A stretch of 32,342 nucleotides of DNA from Candidatus Micrarchaeota archaeon (GCA_028867845.1 JAGWFU010000001.1:1-32342); one strand, 5' to 3'; positions 17,796-26,043 are shown, counted from the first letter of the stretch. Notes: generated by a model from the sequence alone, not told the origin. Numbers and translations are program-made.

Positions 17796-18026
17796 GGGCG
17801 CAGGCAGCGTGCACTCCTGCGTCGTCAACGCGATAGTGCTGGACACCTCCACGATAAGAGGGGGGCCTGCAAGACAAACAACGTCTACTGCAGCGCGAGC
17901 CAGAACTCCACAATAACAATCAACTGCACGCCCCAGTACTACCTCACCGAGTCCGCAAGTCCGTCCGCCGGCGGCTCTGGCATTGTGGTAATAGCGTACA
18001 ACTCCCTAGGCAACGGGAATCCATAG
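17786..18026 (+). pseudogene. Adhesin remnant B (paralogue of adhesin A trunk fused to adhesin C-type terminus)
   Basis: 17786-17978 aligns codon by codon with 13050-13240, with a 2-nt insertion near 17857-17860. 17970-18026 aligns with 19878-19934 (GGSGIV.IAYN.LGNG.P*). Confidence 0.9.
17919..17959 (+). repeat. 41-nt perfect direct repeat of 13181-13221; 21-nt core also at 13657-13677
   Basis: ATCAACTGCACGCCCCAGTACTACCTCACCGAGTCCGCAAG is identical at both positions. Confidence 0.9.
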
Positions 18027-18039
18027 ACGTCCCCCCTCT

Positions 18040-18225
18040 CTGTCGTATCCCGCTAATATCTCCCCTCTTTAAGTCTTTACCCACAAGAAGAATGCCCAAC
18101 CGCTTGTGGCGTGGTTAAGGAACGAAGCTAGAGTACTTCGTGCCTGCCGCTATCCGATGCCCCGCCCCTTGGGATGGGGTTATCCACTTCTGTCGGGAAG
18201 AAATTCTGGCGGGACAACACACAAA
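18040..18225 (+). ncRNA. Candidate structured non-coding element B, class unknown
   Basis: Closing stem TCCCGCTA (18048-55)/TGGCGGGA (18207-14), continued by AATaTCTCCC/GGGaAGAaATT. Inner hairpins CCACAAG/CTTGTGG, AGGaACGAAG/CTTCGTgCCT and GCCCCG.CC/GG.TGGGGT. Confidence 0.45.
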
Positions 18226-18278
18226 GCCAGTATCGCCGTAAGATTATTAAACTGTTACAGATAAGGCATATAGATTTG

Positions 18279-19934
18279 ATGGGGGGGGGAAAGGGCAAAC
18301 GGCTGAAACAGCAGTCGGCGCTGGAGCTGCTCACAACCTACTCGTGGGCCCTCCTGATAATCGCCATATTCGTGGCGGCAGTCGCAGTGATAAACAGCGC
18401 AAGGCCTGCGACCAACTATCTCGCATCCTCATGTTCAATAGAGCCACTTCTCCTGTGCACCCAGACCCTTCTCAACTACAACGCGATAAGCCCGATAAAA
18501 TTCACAATCCTCTTCCAGAATAACTTAGGGCAGACGATGTACTTCCCACTCAACTCGATCAACATAACTGTGACGAACATAGGCAACAAGGGAGTGACAT
18601 ACTCGAAGGGCAACTGCACCCCCTCCCTTGCACTGCAGGGCACGCCGATACTTTGCAGCGCCTACATACCCGGTACGTTCAAGCCCGCGATAGGAACGCA
18701 GGAGACCATACTGTTCTCGCTGAACTACCAATTGTGCAGGACCAACGCGCCCTCCTCCTGCGCCTCGACGCAGTACAGGACGGCCGGCCAGTCGTCGCAG
18801 ACCATGGCGCCCTCGGCAACCGTGTTCCACACGCTGAAGATAACTGCGAGTCCAACCTCGGGGTTCGTGAACCTCAACGGGGTGACATATCTCAACAACG
18901 CCAACGTCCTGCTTCTCACCAACAACTACAACGTGTACGCGATACCACCATCGGGGTACAAGTTCTCCTCTTGGGGAATCAGTGTGGGGGCAGGAGGCGG
19001 GACCTCAAGCGTCGTATCCAGCTCCACGCAGAACACGATACTCAATCTGGGGTCCAACGCGACCCTGACCGCCAACTTCGGCACCTTGCCGACTACGAGC
19101 ACGGTGACCCTGACTTCTACGTCAACGGCCTCAACCTCATCAACAACTACGTCATCGACTACAACAACCACCATATTCGCTGCTACCTGCGGAGGGAGCG
19201 CCAGCTCTTCATCCGGCAACACGATCTGCACATTTACCTCGAGCGGAACGTTCACACCTAACGGCGCAGGAAATGTTGCGGTTCTTGTAGTTGCGGGCGG
19301 AGGCGGCGGCGGAAAGTCTGGATTCGGAGGTGGAGGTGGGGGAGGCGTAGTCTATGCTTCATCGTATGCTGTAAGTAGTGTTGCTTACAGTGTTACAGTG
19401 GGCGGCGGCGGAAGTGGCGCGTACGATAATAACGGAATCAGCTCTGTATTCAGTACCATAACGGCAATTGGGGGTGGAGGAGCTTCAGGCCAAAACGGCG
19501 GTTCTGGGGGCGGATGTATGGGATGTAGTGCAGGAGGAACATCAATACAAGGAAACAGCGGCGGCGGAACCGGATATGGAAATAACGGTGCTGGAGTCTT
19601 AGATGAGTCCCATAGTGGCGGTGGTGGCGGTGCTGGGAGCCCGGGTAGTGCTGGATCTCCAGGAGCAGGCGGTGCAGGCGGATCCGGTATGGCATTTAGC
19701 ATTTCAGGTTCCGTGGTGTATTATGCCGGTGGAGGAGGGGGAATTTATGGTGGTGCTGGAGGTTCTGGGGGCGGAGGGAATGGCGTAGCCACCAATGGCA
19801 ACAATGGCTTTCCAGGAACTGCAAATACAGGCGGAGGCGGGGGCGCCGGAGGAGCAAGCGGAGATAATGGAGGAGATGGGGGATCTGGCATAGTCATAAT
19901 AGCGTACAACGCCCTTGGCAACGGCACTCCCTAA
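18279..19934 (+). CDS. Pilin-signal (class III) surface protein/adhesin C with S/T linker and Gly-rich tip
   Basis: Likely start ATG 18279, about 30 nt after TTATTAAA. RLKQ|QSALELLTTYSWALL signal, YxFSSW repeat, Thr/Ser stalk, and VLVVAGGGGGG...YSVTVGGGG...YYAGGGGG...ANTGGGGG...GGSGIVIIAY glycine-rich domain. Confidence 0.85.
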   Translation: MGGGKGKRLKQQSALELLTTYSWALLIIAIFVAAVAVINSARPATNYLASSCSIEPLLLCTQTLLNYNAISPIKFTILFQNNLGQTMYFPLNSINITVTNIGNKGVTYSKGNCTPSLALQGTPILCSAYIPGTFKPAIGTQETILFSLNYQLCRTNAPSSCASTQYRTAGQSSQTMAPSATVFHTLKITASPTSGFVNLNGVTYLNNANVLLLTNNYNVYAIPPSGYKFSSWGISVGAGGGTSSVVSSSTQNTILNLGSNATLTANFGTLPTTSTVTLTSTSTASTSSTTTSSTTTTTIFAATCGGSASSSSGNTICTFTSSGTFTPNGAGNVAVLVVAGGGGGGKSGFGGGGGGGVVYASSYAVSSVAYSVTVGGGGSGAYDNNGISSVFSTITAIGGGGASGQNGGSGGGCMGCSAGGTSIQGNSGGGTGYGNNGAGVLDESHSGGGGGAGSPGSAGSPGAGGAGGSGMAFSISGSVVYYAGGGGGIYGGAGGSGGGGNGVATNGNNGFPGTANTGGGGGAGGASGDNGGDGGSGIVIIAYNALGNGTP

Positions 19935-19960
19935 TTGCGTTCTCTACAAAGCCCAGGTCG

Positions 19961-19978
19961 CAGAAAGCCTTAAATAGC
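19961..19978 (+). promoter_or_regulatory. BRE/TATA promoter of the rpl7ae operon
   Basis: CAGAAAGCC TTAAATA. Confidence 0.65.
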
Positions 19979-20032
19979 TTAACGAGACAATACTTATCAC
20001 CTGCAAGCGCGGGTCCTTTATCCTAAAGGAAA

Positions 20033-20067
20033 GTAATACTGGATGAAGTACAGACCGACGGTGTTAT
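20033..20067 (+). promoter_or_regulatory. Kink-turn in the rpl7ae 5' UTR (L7Ae autoregulatory site)
   Basis: Stem 20033-41/20059-67, 3-nt bulge GAU, tandem G.A/A.G pairs (20045.20058, 20046.20057), then A.C, G-C, U-A and loop ACAG. Covers the SD-like GGTG. Confidence 0.8.
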
Positions 20068-20069
20068 AC

Positions 20070-20531
20070 ATGGCAAAATCCTACGTGGAATTCGAAGTAT
20101 CTAGTGAAGTCGTCGCGAAGACGTACGAGGCCCTGCAGATGGCAAGGCAGACGGGAACGATAAGGAAGGGGGCCAACGAGGTCACCAAGAGCGTCGAGAG
20201 GGGGCTCGCCACATTCGTGGTGATGGCCGGAGACGTGGAGCCCGAGGAGGTCGTGGTCCACATACCCAGCCTCTGCAAGCAGAAGAAGATAGCATACTCA
20301 TATGTCCCGAGCAAGGCAGAGCTCGGCAAGGCGATAGGCATGAACGTCCCCTGCACCGCGATAGCCGTGGAGAAGGAGGGCAACGCCGCATCGCACCTCA
20401 AGGACATAAAGGCCAAGATATCAGGCTCTGCTCCGAAGGAGGCGAAGGCCGAGGCACCTGCAGCGCCGAAGGCTGAGAAGCCTGCGGCAAAGAAGCAGGA
20501 GAAGAAGGAAGAGGCCAAGCCTGCAGAATAA
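20070..20531 (+). CDS. rpl7ae: 50S ribosomal protein L7Ae (eL8) with K/A/E/P-rich tail
   Basis: Start ATG 20070 (MAKSYVEFEV); G.IRKGANEVTKSVERG, AGDVEPEEVVVHIP.LC..K, VPSKAELGKA.G. Confidence 0.96.
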   Translation: MAKSYVEFEVSSEVVAKTYEALQMARQTGTIRKGANEVTKSVERGLATFVVMAGDVEPEEVVVHIPSLCKQKKIAYSYVPSKAELGKAIGMNVPCTAIAVEKEGNAASHLKDIKAKISGSAPKEAKAEAPAAPKAEKPAAKKQEKKEEAKPAE

Positions 20532-20549
20532 TACTGAACAAATGATCGC

Positions 20550-20801
20550 ATGGCGGACCAGCAGCAATCCCAGCCCCAACAGGGCCCGCAGCTCGCGGGT
20601 TTCCTAGCCGAGATAGTGGACATAAACACCGAGGCGAAGACGGGGATATCGGGCGAGATATACTCTGTGTCGTGCAGGATACTCGAGGGCAACGACAAGG
20701 GCAGGATAATAAGGAGGAACGTGCTGGGCCCGATAAAGATCGGCGACATAGTGAGGCTGCCGGACACGAGCAGGGAGGCAAGGGAGATAAAGGTAAAGTG
20801 A
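20550..20801 (+). CDS. rps28e: 30S ribosomal protein eS28
   Basis: TG.SGE...V.CRILEG.DKGRIIRRNVLGPIKIGDI..L..T.REAR; conserved position after L7Ae. Confidence 0.95.
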   Translation: MADQQQSQPQQGPQLAGFLAEIVDINTEAKTGISGEIYSVSCRILEGNDKGRIIRRNVLGPIKIGDIVRLPDTSREAREIKVK

Positions 20802-20813
20802 CCCGGTGACCAC

Positions 20814-20978
20814 ATGAAGTGCAACTACTGCCAGAAGGAGATAAGGAAGGGCACGGGCACCATGTTCGTCTACACCACAGGGGCCATCAGCTACTTCTGC
20901 TCCAACAGGTGCTACAAGACGACTATCTTCACTAAGAGGAAGATAAACCCGAAGCTCACGCGCACTGCAAAGAAGTGA
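20814..20978 (+). CDS. rpl24e: 50S ribosomal protein eL24 (54 aa, below ORF-track cutoff)
   Basis: MKCNYCQKEIRKGTGTMFVYTTGAISYFCSNRCYK...KRKINPK; canonical L7Ae-S28e-L24e order. Confidence 0.93.
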   Translation: MKCNYCQKEIRKGTGTMFVYTTGAISYFCSNRCYKTTIFTKRKINPKLTRTAKK

Positions 20979-21028
20979 GCAGGGCGAAAGGTATTTAGAA
21001 ATGTTTTACCCATTACCCTTGGGTCTGC

Positions 21029-21391
21029 ATGGCTGAGAAACGCACGCTGATTTTCATCTTCCTACTGGTAGGTGGGATCGCAACCGTAATAGGCGGCATG
21101 TTCACCTCGCTGATAGGCCTGCTGTTCCACAACGCATTCAACCCTGCAGGGGCGATGCAGCTTATACCAATATACAACACGTTCAGCTTCTACAGCCTTC
21201 TCGGCATGATATCCGGCATAATGCTCATAGTATCCGCGCTGGAGGTGCACCACAACAGGAAGAAGAACTCGATAAAGTACTGGTCCACCGTCGCGCTGGC
21301 CTTCACCATAATAAGCCTCTTCGACGGAGGAGGGCTCGTCCTGGGATTCATACTCGGCATAATAGGCAGCCTGATCGGCCTCACCGAGTGA
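21029..21391 (+). CDS. Hypothetical small membrane protein (about 4 TM)
   Basis: Hydrophobic ORF ending SLF.GGGLVLGFILGIIG..IGL; promoter-like GAAAGGTATTTAGAA upstream. Confidence 0.8.
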   Translation: MAEKRTLIFIFLLVGGIATVIGGMFTSLIGLLFHNAFNPAGAMQLIPIYNTFSFYSLLGMISGIMLIVSALEVHHNRKKNSIKYWSTVALAFTIISLFDGGGLVLGFILGIIGSLIGLTE

Positions 21392-21467
21392 GAGCCTTTA
21401 TCCTCATATAAGCGCCAGTGGCGAAGGCTTAAATAATCCCGACCCTAATTGTTGCTACAGTGTGTGA

Positions 21468-21983
21468 ATGACTGCATTCAGCTCTGTGGCCCACAAAGAC
21501 CTTCCCTCCGACAGCAAGCTCCCTCCTCATTTCTCTTCTGAATCTAGCGAGATACGCAAGAGGCTTACTGAGATCAACGCCTCCACAGCCGAGATACTGA
21601 AGAAGATAGCAGTCAACGGAAAGGAGGCAGCCTACCTTTTCAAGCTCTCAGGCTGCGACTACAACACGATGAGGTACAACCTCAACAGGATAGAATTCGC
21701 GCTGAACAAGGGGCTGAAGCCGGAGTATATCAAGGAGGTGGCGACCGGGCCTGACGGCACGTTCCACGACAAGACATACGCCCTGCTGCTGCTCATAAGC
21801 GACGCTGAGATGAAGATCCCGGACTATCTGATGCGCTCCGGCATAACGGGCACCAAGATAAAGGGCGCCCTCGAGCGCGGGTTCGGCGGAGACATCAACT
21901 ACATGTACCAGACGATAATCAAGGCCATGGCATTCGAGGCCAAAGAGGCAAGGATGCCGATAAGCCCTAGGACAGAAGGCTAA
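21468..21983 (+). CDS. Hypothetical protein
   Basis: GAAGGCTTAAATA promoter about 35 nt upstream; genome-typical codon use. Confidence 0.7.
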   Translation: MTAFSSVAHKDLPSDSKLPPHFSSESSEIRKRLTEINASTAEILKKIAVNGKEAAYLFKLSGCDYNTMRYNLNRIEFALNKGLKPEYIKEVATGPDGTFHDKTYALLLLISDAEMKIPDYLMRSGITGTKIKGALERGFGGDINYMYQTIIKAMAFEAKEARMPISPRTEG

Positions 21984-22096
21984 AGAAGCTATCGCAGCAC
22001 AGATAATTCCGGTGGAACCGTGAAGATCTACATGGCAGGCATCGAGTCTGCCGAAGCGCACCAGATTTCAGGCGGCTCTACAATGGCCTGCTCAGG

Positions 22097-22390
22097 GTGC
22101 TCGCGACGAAGGCCGGAGTGCTGGACGTCAACGCGCTTGTGTTCGTAAGCCAGGTTAACATCATAGACTCCAGCGGAGGCTTCAGGGGCAGGGAAAACGG
22201 AATACTTTCTCTTATAAGAATCGGTGTCAGGGGAGGCGATTTGTCCCGGGCATTGGAGGAGGGATACGCTGGCGATGCAGTGGCGTTTTACAAGGGGCTG
22301 ACATCGGGAAACCCTATGGTGCGGCTTGAGCGGATAGGCATAAGGACCGATTACAACGAATTCAGCCTCTCGTCGATGCTGAAGGCCTAG
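22097..22390 (+). pseudogene. Fragment repeating the C-terminal domain of the 21468 protein; possibly a frameshifted continuation
   Basis: LIRIGVRGGDLSRALEEGYAGDAVAFY versus LMRSGITGTKIKGALERGFGGDINYMY. No clear promoter or strong start. Confidence 0.45.
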
Positions 22391-22602
22391 CCCCCTTTTA
22401 TCTCCTCCACCTTCACGTCGTCGCCCCCGCCCTTCATCGACTCGCCTATTACGTGCTGTATCCCGAACTTCATCAGCTCTGCCTGGTACTTGGATAGGAA
22501 GACCTTGCGTCCAGCCATGTCCTTTATTATGTAGGCGCCGCTGTCGTCGACGGTCACTATGATGTACTCCTTGCCCTTGCTTATCCTGTAGCTCTTGGCC
22601 AT
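22387..22602 (-). CDS. Hypothetical protein (71 aa)
   Basis: ATG 3 nt after the previous minus-strand stop; typical codon use. Confidence 0.7.
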   Translation of the reverse strand: MAKSYRISKGKEYIIVTVDDSGAYIIKDMAGRKVFLSKYQAELMKFGIQHVIGESMKGGGDDVKVEEIKGG

Positions 22603-22605
22603 GGC

Positions 22606-22968
22606 CTAGCCTTCGCACCTTATGCTCTTGCCGAACTCCAGCCTCTCCGCTATTGCCCCGTCCTCATCATAGACGTAGGCGACTATCGAGATCGGGTACT
22701 CGTCGGGGAAGTTGTTCGCGCTGGTGTACATCCTTATCGGCTTCTGCAGCGAGCCGCTCGGCTTGAGTATGCCTATCCTAGTCCTGCCCACGTTGAGCTC
22801 CTTGTCGTGAGCCAAGGTAAGCGGGTTCTTCACGTTGATGTCGCACTCGCACCAGAAGGTCCTCGCGGCGTCGAGATTCTTCATCAGTATCTTCATCACA
22901 ACCTCGTTCTTGGTGTAGGCCTTCAGCACCTGGGGCTCGAATTCGGTAGTAAGCTCAACGGTCGTCAC
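22606..22968 (-). CDS. Hypothetical protein (120 aa, beta-rich)
   Basis: GTG start downstream of AT-rich divergent promoter region 23000-23030; typical codon use. Confidence 0.7.
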   Translation of the reverse strand: MTTVELTTEFEPQVLKAYTKNEVVMKILMKNLDAARTFWCECDINVKNPLTLAHDKELNVGRTRIGILKPSGSLQKPIRMYTSANNFPDEYPISIVAYVYDEDGAIAERLEFGKSIRCEG

Positions 22969-23077
22969 AAAATCATCAGTAACCTTAGCAGTGATTACGG
23001 ATTATTAATAAATAAGAAGATATTTATAGATTCGAGCAGAGTAGTTAGCTGTCAATCTATTCCAGTCAGTGCGATAC

Positions 23078-23539
23078 ATGGAGATAAACGAGGCCAACCT
23101 GATAGAGCAGGAGCTGACATTGAGGAACCTCAGGGTGACCAAGGAGGTGGTCGAGACCAGGAGGTCGATAGTCAGGTGGCTGGCCCTCACCTTGGGAGTC
23201 ATCAGCCCCGGGGAGTCGAGGCTCACCGCCATATCCGTGCTGGACTCGGTGTTCTACTTCCAGTTCGGGCAGAGGAAGGACCCCACGGTGGAGGAGATGT
23301 CGGGATACATAAACCAGTCCTGGGGCGGGGAGATAAACGAGAAGACGCTCAGGTATCATCTGCTCCAGCTGAAGAAGGCCAACATAGTGGACAACGCAAA
23401 GGGGAAGTACTTCCTCACCTCGCCGCAGATGGGAGACAGGTATGACGCAGATGCATGGATAACCAATTACATAGATTCGCTTACAAGCCCGATAAAGGAG
23501 AAGACCAGGGCTGTGATAAAGGAGCTGAAGGGAAGATGA
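23078..23539 (+). CDS. Winged-helix DNA-binding-like protein
   Basis: Likely start ATG 23078; WLA..LG.ISPGESR and INEKTLRYHLLQLKKANIVD..KGKY wHTH pattern. Confidence 0.75.
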   Translation: MEINEANLIEQELTLRNLRVTKEVVETRRSIVRWLALTLGVISPGESRLTAISVLDSVFYFQFGQRKDPTVEEMSGYINQSWGGEINEKTLRYHLLQLKKANIVDNAKGKYFLTSPQMGDRYDADAWITNYIDSLTSPIKEKTRAVIKELKGR

Positions 23540-25236
23540 TCGTGGAGAAGAACATAACAGTGTACGCAGGGGCGGCCATAGTCGTGGCCGTGATAGTCGT
23601 TGCAGCAGCGCTTCTGCTTTCAACGCCGAACTACAGCATAAGCGTGAAGCTGCTGACGAACAGCACCCCGCCGATCTACCCGTACCAGACCTCCAACTTC
23701 GCCATACTCGTTGCAAACAAGGGATCAGCAGTCAGCAACCTTGTGATAGGCTTCTACCTCAACGCCAGCGAGCTCAACTACTACAAGATATCCATACCCG
23801 CGGACAAGACCGTGCTGATACCCGCTAACTACACATACACGACGAATGGAACATACAGGTTCTCGGCAGTCGCAGACCCCGCCCACGTGCTCTCGATAAA
23901 GGACAGAAACGGGACCACATCCACCAACACGCTCATCGTGACGCAGGCACAGGGTGCCAACATATTCACCTCAATTCCGAACAACAACATAAATTACACC
24001 CAGAGCTTCTCGTTCACGACCATAGGTCTTGAGTCATCGTCAGCGGCAGCCGACAGGTTCAACATATCAGTATTCAACGACCTCTTCGCGATACCGCAGG
24101 CTATAACAGCCAAGATAGGCGAGAACGTATTCCAGGGGACAGCCTACGCCAACGGCGCCTACGCCAGGTACCTGAACGGCAGCGCGGCATACACGCTCTG
24201 GCTGCAGGGAGAGGCAACCCCGCAGCAGGTGCAGTACATAGCATCGACATTCCAGATCCCCTCCGCTCAGGTGGAGCTCCAGAACGCCACTGCTGAGTTC
24301 ATGAAGGTAAGCAACACGACGAGCATGTGCGCCTTCTACAGCAACGGATGGACCAAGATAATATCGTACTACAACAACAGCATGGGATCGTCGTGCAGGG
24401 CAGTGGCAGCCTCGACGTACCAGCCGACTGAGAGCAACACGCTAGTGTCCGCGCTTAAGGCCAACCCAAAGGTCCCTGTATACAGGTCGCAGTTCACCTA
24501 CACCAACTCCACCCTCGTCGGATCAGCGATAATCTATTCCAACAGGACGCTGGGAGTGGCCAACATGTTCTACAACAACTTCGGCTTCTTCACTAGCGTG
24601 ATACAGTCCAACGCAAAGGCCAACTGGTCTGCAAACCAGACGGGCGTCTGCAGGGGACTCTCGTACGACAACGGCACCACTAACGTCTGCTCGGTCTACG
24701 TGGCGCCAAAGGCCGCGGTGAAGGCAAACGGCTACGCCATGGTCAACTCGACGCAGATAGGCGCAAGCTACATACTCCAGCTCTTCTCGCTGGTCAACCA
24801 GACCAACCTGGTCAGCGCGCACGTCAACGCAGTCTCGCTCATAAGGGCGCTCAACATATCGCAGAACACCACAAAGTGGGTCTCCGCGTTCAACAACGCC
24901 TGCAATGTGAACAACTCATCGATACCGTGCAGGGTGACCTCCTTCGACTACGTGAACAACACCGCATACCTGAACTTCACCAACATGCTGGGAGCACCAC
25001 TACATGTGAACCACGCCGCATGCTACGTGCCAGGCGAGCGCCTGAACTTCACGGTCAACGACACGCTGCGCACAGGGCAGTCGCTCAACCTCAGGCTGCC
25101 GTGCACTACGCTGCCGATACCCATAGTCAGCCCGGCCACCAGCTACCTGCTGCAGCTGAACTACACATACAACGGCACTACAAGGAGCGCCAACGGGTTC
25201 CTCAACGTCACTAACCCTGGACTGGGAGGCGGCTGA
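23536..25236 (+). CDS. Membrane-anchored CARDB/Ig-like surface glycoprotein
   Basis: ATGA overlap with the upstream stop; N-terminal TM; V.NKG..V....IGFYLN...GTYRFSAVADP CARDB pattern; many NxS/T sequons. Confidence 0.8.
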   Translation: MIVEKNITVYAGAAIVVAVIVVAAALLLSTPNYSISVKLLTNSTPPIYPYQTSNFAILVANKGSAVSNLVIGFYLNASELNYYKISIPADKTVLIPANYTYTTNGTYRFSAVADPAHVLSIKDRNGTTSTNTLIVTQAQGANIFTSIPNNNINYTQSFSFTTIGLESSSAAADRFNISVFNDLFAIPQAITAKIGENVFQGTAYANGAYARYLNGSAAYTLWLQGEATPQQVQYIASTFQIPSAQVELQNATAEFMKVSNTTSMCAFYSNGWTKIISYYNNSMGSSCRAVAASTYQPTESNTLVSALKANPKVPVYRSQFTYTNSTLVGSAIIYSNRTLGVANMFYNNFGFFTSVIQSNAKANWSANQTGVCRGLSYDNGTTNVCSVYVAPKAAVKANGYAMVNSTQIGASYILQLFSLVNQTNLVSAHVNAVSLIRALNISQNTTKWVSAFNNACNVNNSSIPCRVTSFDYVNNTAYLNFTNMLGAPLHVNHAACYVPGERLNFTVNDTLRTGQSLNLRLPCTTLPIPIVSPATSYLLQLNYTYNGTTRSANGFLNVTNPGLGGG

Positions 25237-25299
25237 TCTGCAGCGACGTTGGGCCCCGGCAGCCCTAAATAGCCCGGCAGCCCATAAGTAGTGGGTCTT

Positions 25300-26043
25300 A
25301 TGGAGGTAGCCCACGAGCACAGGAAGCTCAGCGACGGGGAGATAAGGATAAAGCGCCTCGAGCGCCAGCTCGACCGCATAGGGATATCGAAGTACGTAGG
25401 CAGGGCCAAGCTCGCCTCCACAGTGATAAAGGCCGTAGACGATAACGACTGGGAGAGCATCAAGCAGGTTGTAGGGTTCACTAGGGCATCGAAGGAGTTC
25501 ACCGAGTTCGTCATGGAGCACGAGCCCCTTGCGCGGCTGAGGTACAACAGGGATCCGCTCGCACACGTAGTGCTTAACACCCCCGCAGGCAAGAAGGACA
25601 AGAAGCTCAACTCGCTCGCCATCCAGTCAAGCGACGCAGTACTACTGTCAGTGGACAAATCCGGATACACTCTGGTCACCAGGCTGTGCGAGATAAGCCA
25701 GGCTAACGCGATGAGGATAATATACAAGGGCGACGCCTACCTGCTCAGCAGCAACTCGGACAATACCACTCCCGCGCATTCGATAGCGAGGCTGTGGGGT
25801 GAACTGCTCCCTGACCTTCTACTGAGGAAGGAGGTGGCCGGTGCAGGTGAGGGTGCAAACAAGGTGCTGTTCGTGGCGTACAGCAGGTTCCCTGACAAGG
25901 TAAAGGAGCTTGCCAAGAATCCTATCTACATGGAGGTGTTCAATCAGGTTATCGACCATACTGCCATGCCTTACATCCCATCCCGGCTCGCGCCCGCAGT
26001 GATGGAGATTAGGGCGCTGGTCTCCGACATCAGGCCTCGATGA
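25300..26043 (+). CDS. Hypothetical protein
   Basis: Long ORF with typical codon use; start could be GTG 25291 or ATG 25300; no motif recognised. Confidence 0.65.
   Translation: MEVAHEHRKLSDGEIRIKRLERQLDRIGISKYVGRAKLASTVIKAVDDNDWESIKQVVGFTRASKEFTEFVMEHEPLARLRYNRDPLAHVVLNTPAGKKDKKLNSLAIQSSDAVLLSVDKSGYTLVTRLCEISQANAMRIIYKGDAYLLSSNSDNTTPAHSIARLWGELLPDLLLRKEVAGAGEGANKVLFVAYSRFPDKVKELAKNPIYMEVFNQVIDHTAMPYIPSRLAPAVMEIRALVSDIRPR

Noticed and set aside
13050..17978. Adhesin A versus remnant B as a DGR variable/template repeat pair
   Set aside because: Mismatches are mostly synonymous third-position changes of all base types, not adenine-specific. The repeat is mid-gene and no reverse transcriptase is in the window.
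17139..18026. 295-aa plus-strand ORF
   Set aside because: Mostly the antisense of the FKBP gene; only the last ~55 codons are real adhesin remnant.
20043..20069. Longer ORF-track starts (rpl7ae 20043, adhesin C 18174, 23455, 4801, 2331)
   Set aside because: These extensions run through UTR structure, promoters or neighbouring genes; downstream ATGs fit homology and spacing better.
21987..21998. 12-nt match AGCTATCGCAGC shared with the region near 14824
   Set aside because: Chance 12-mer matches are expected in 32 kb and the match does not extend.
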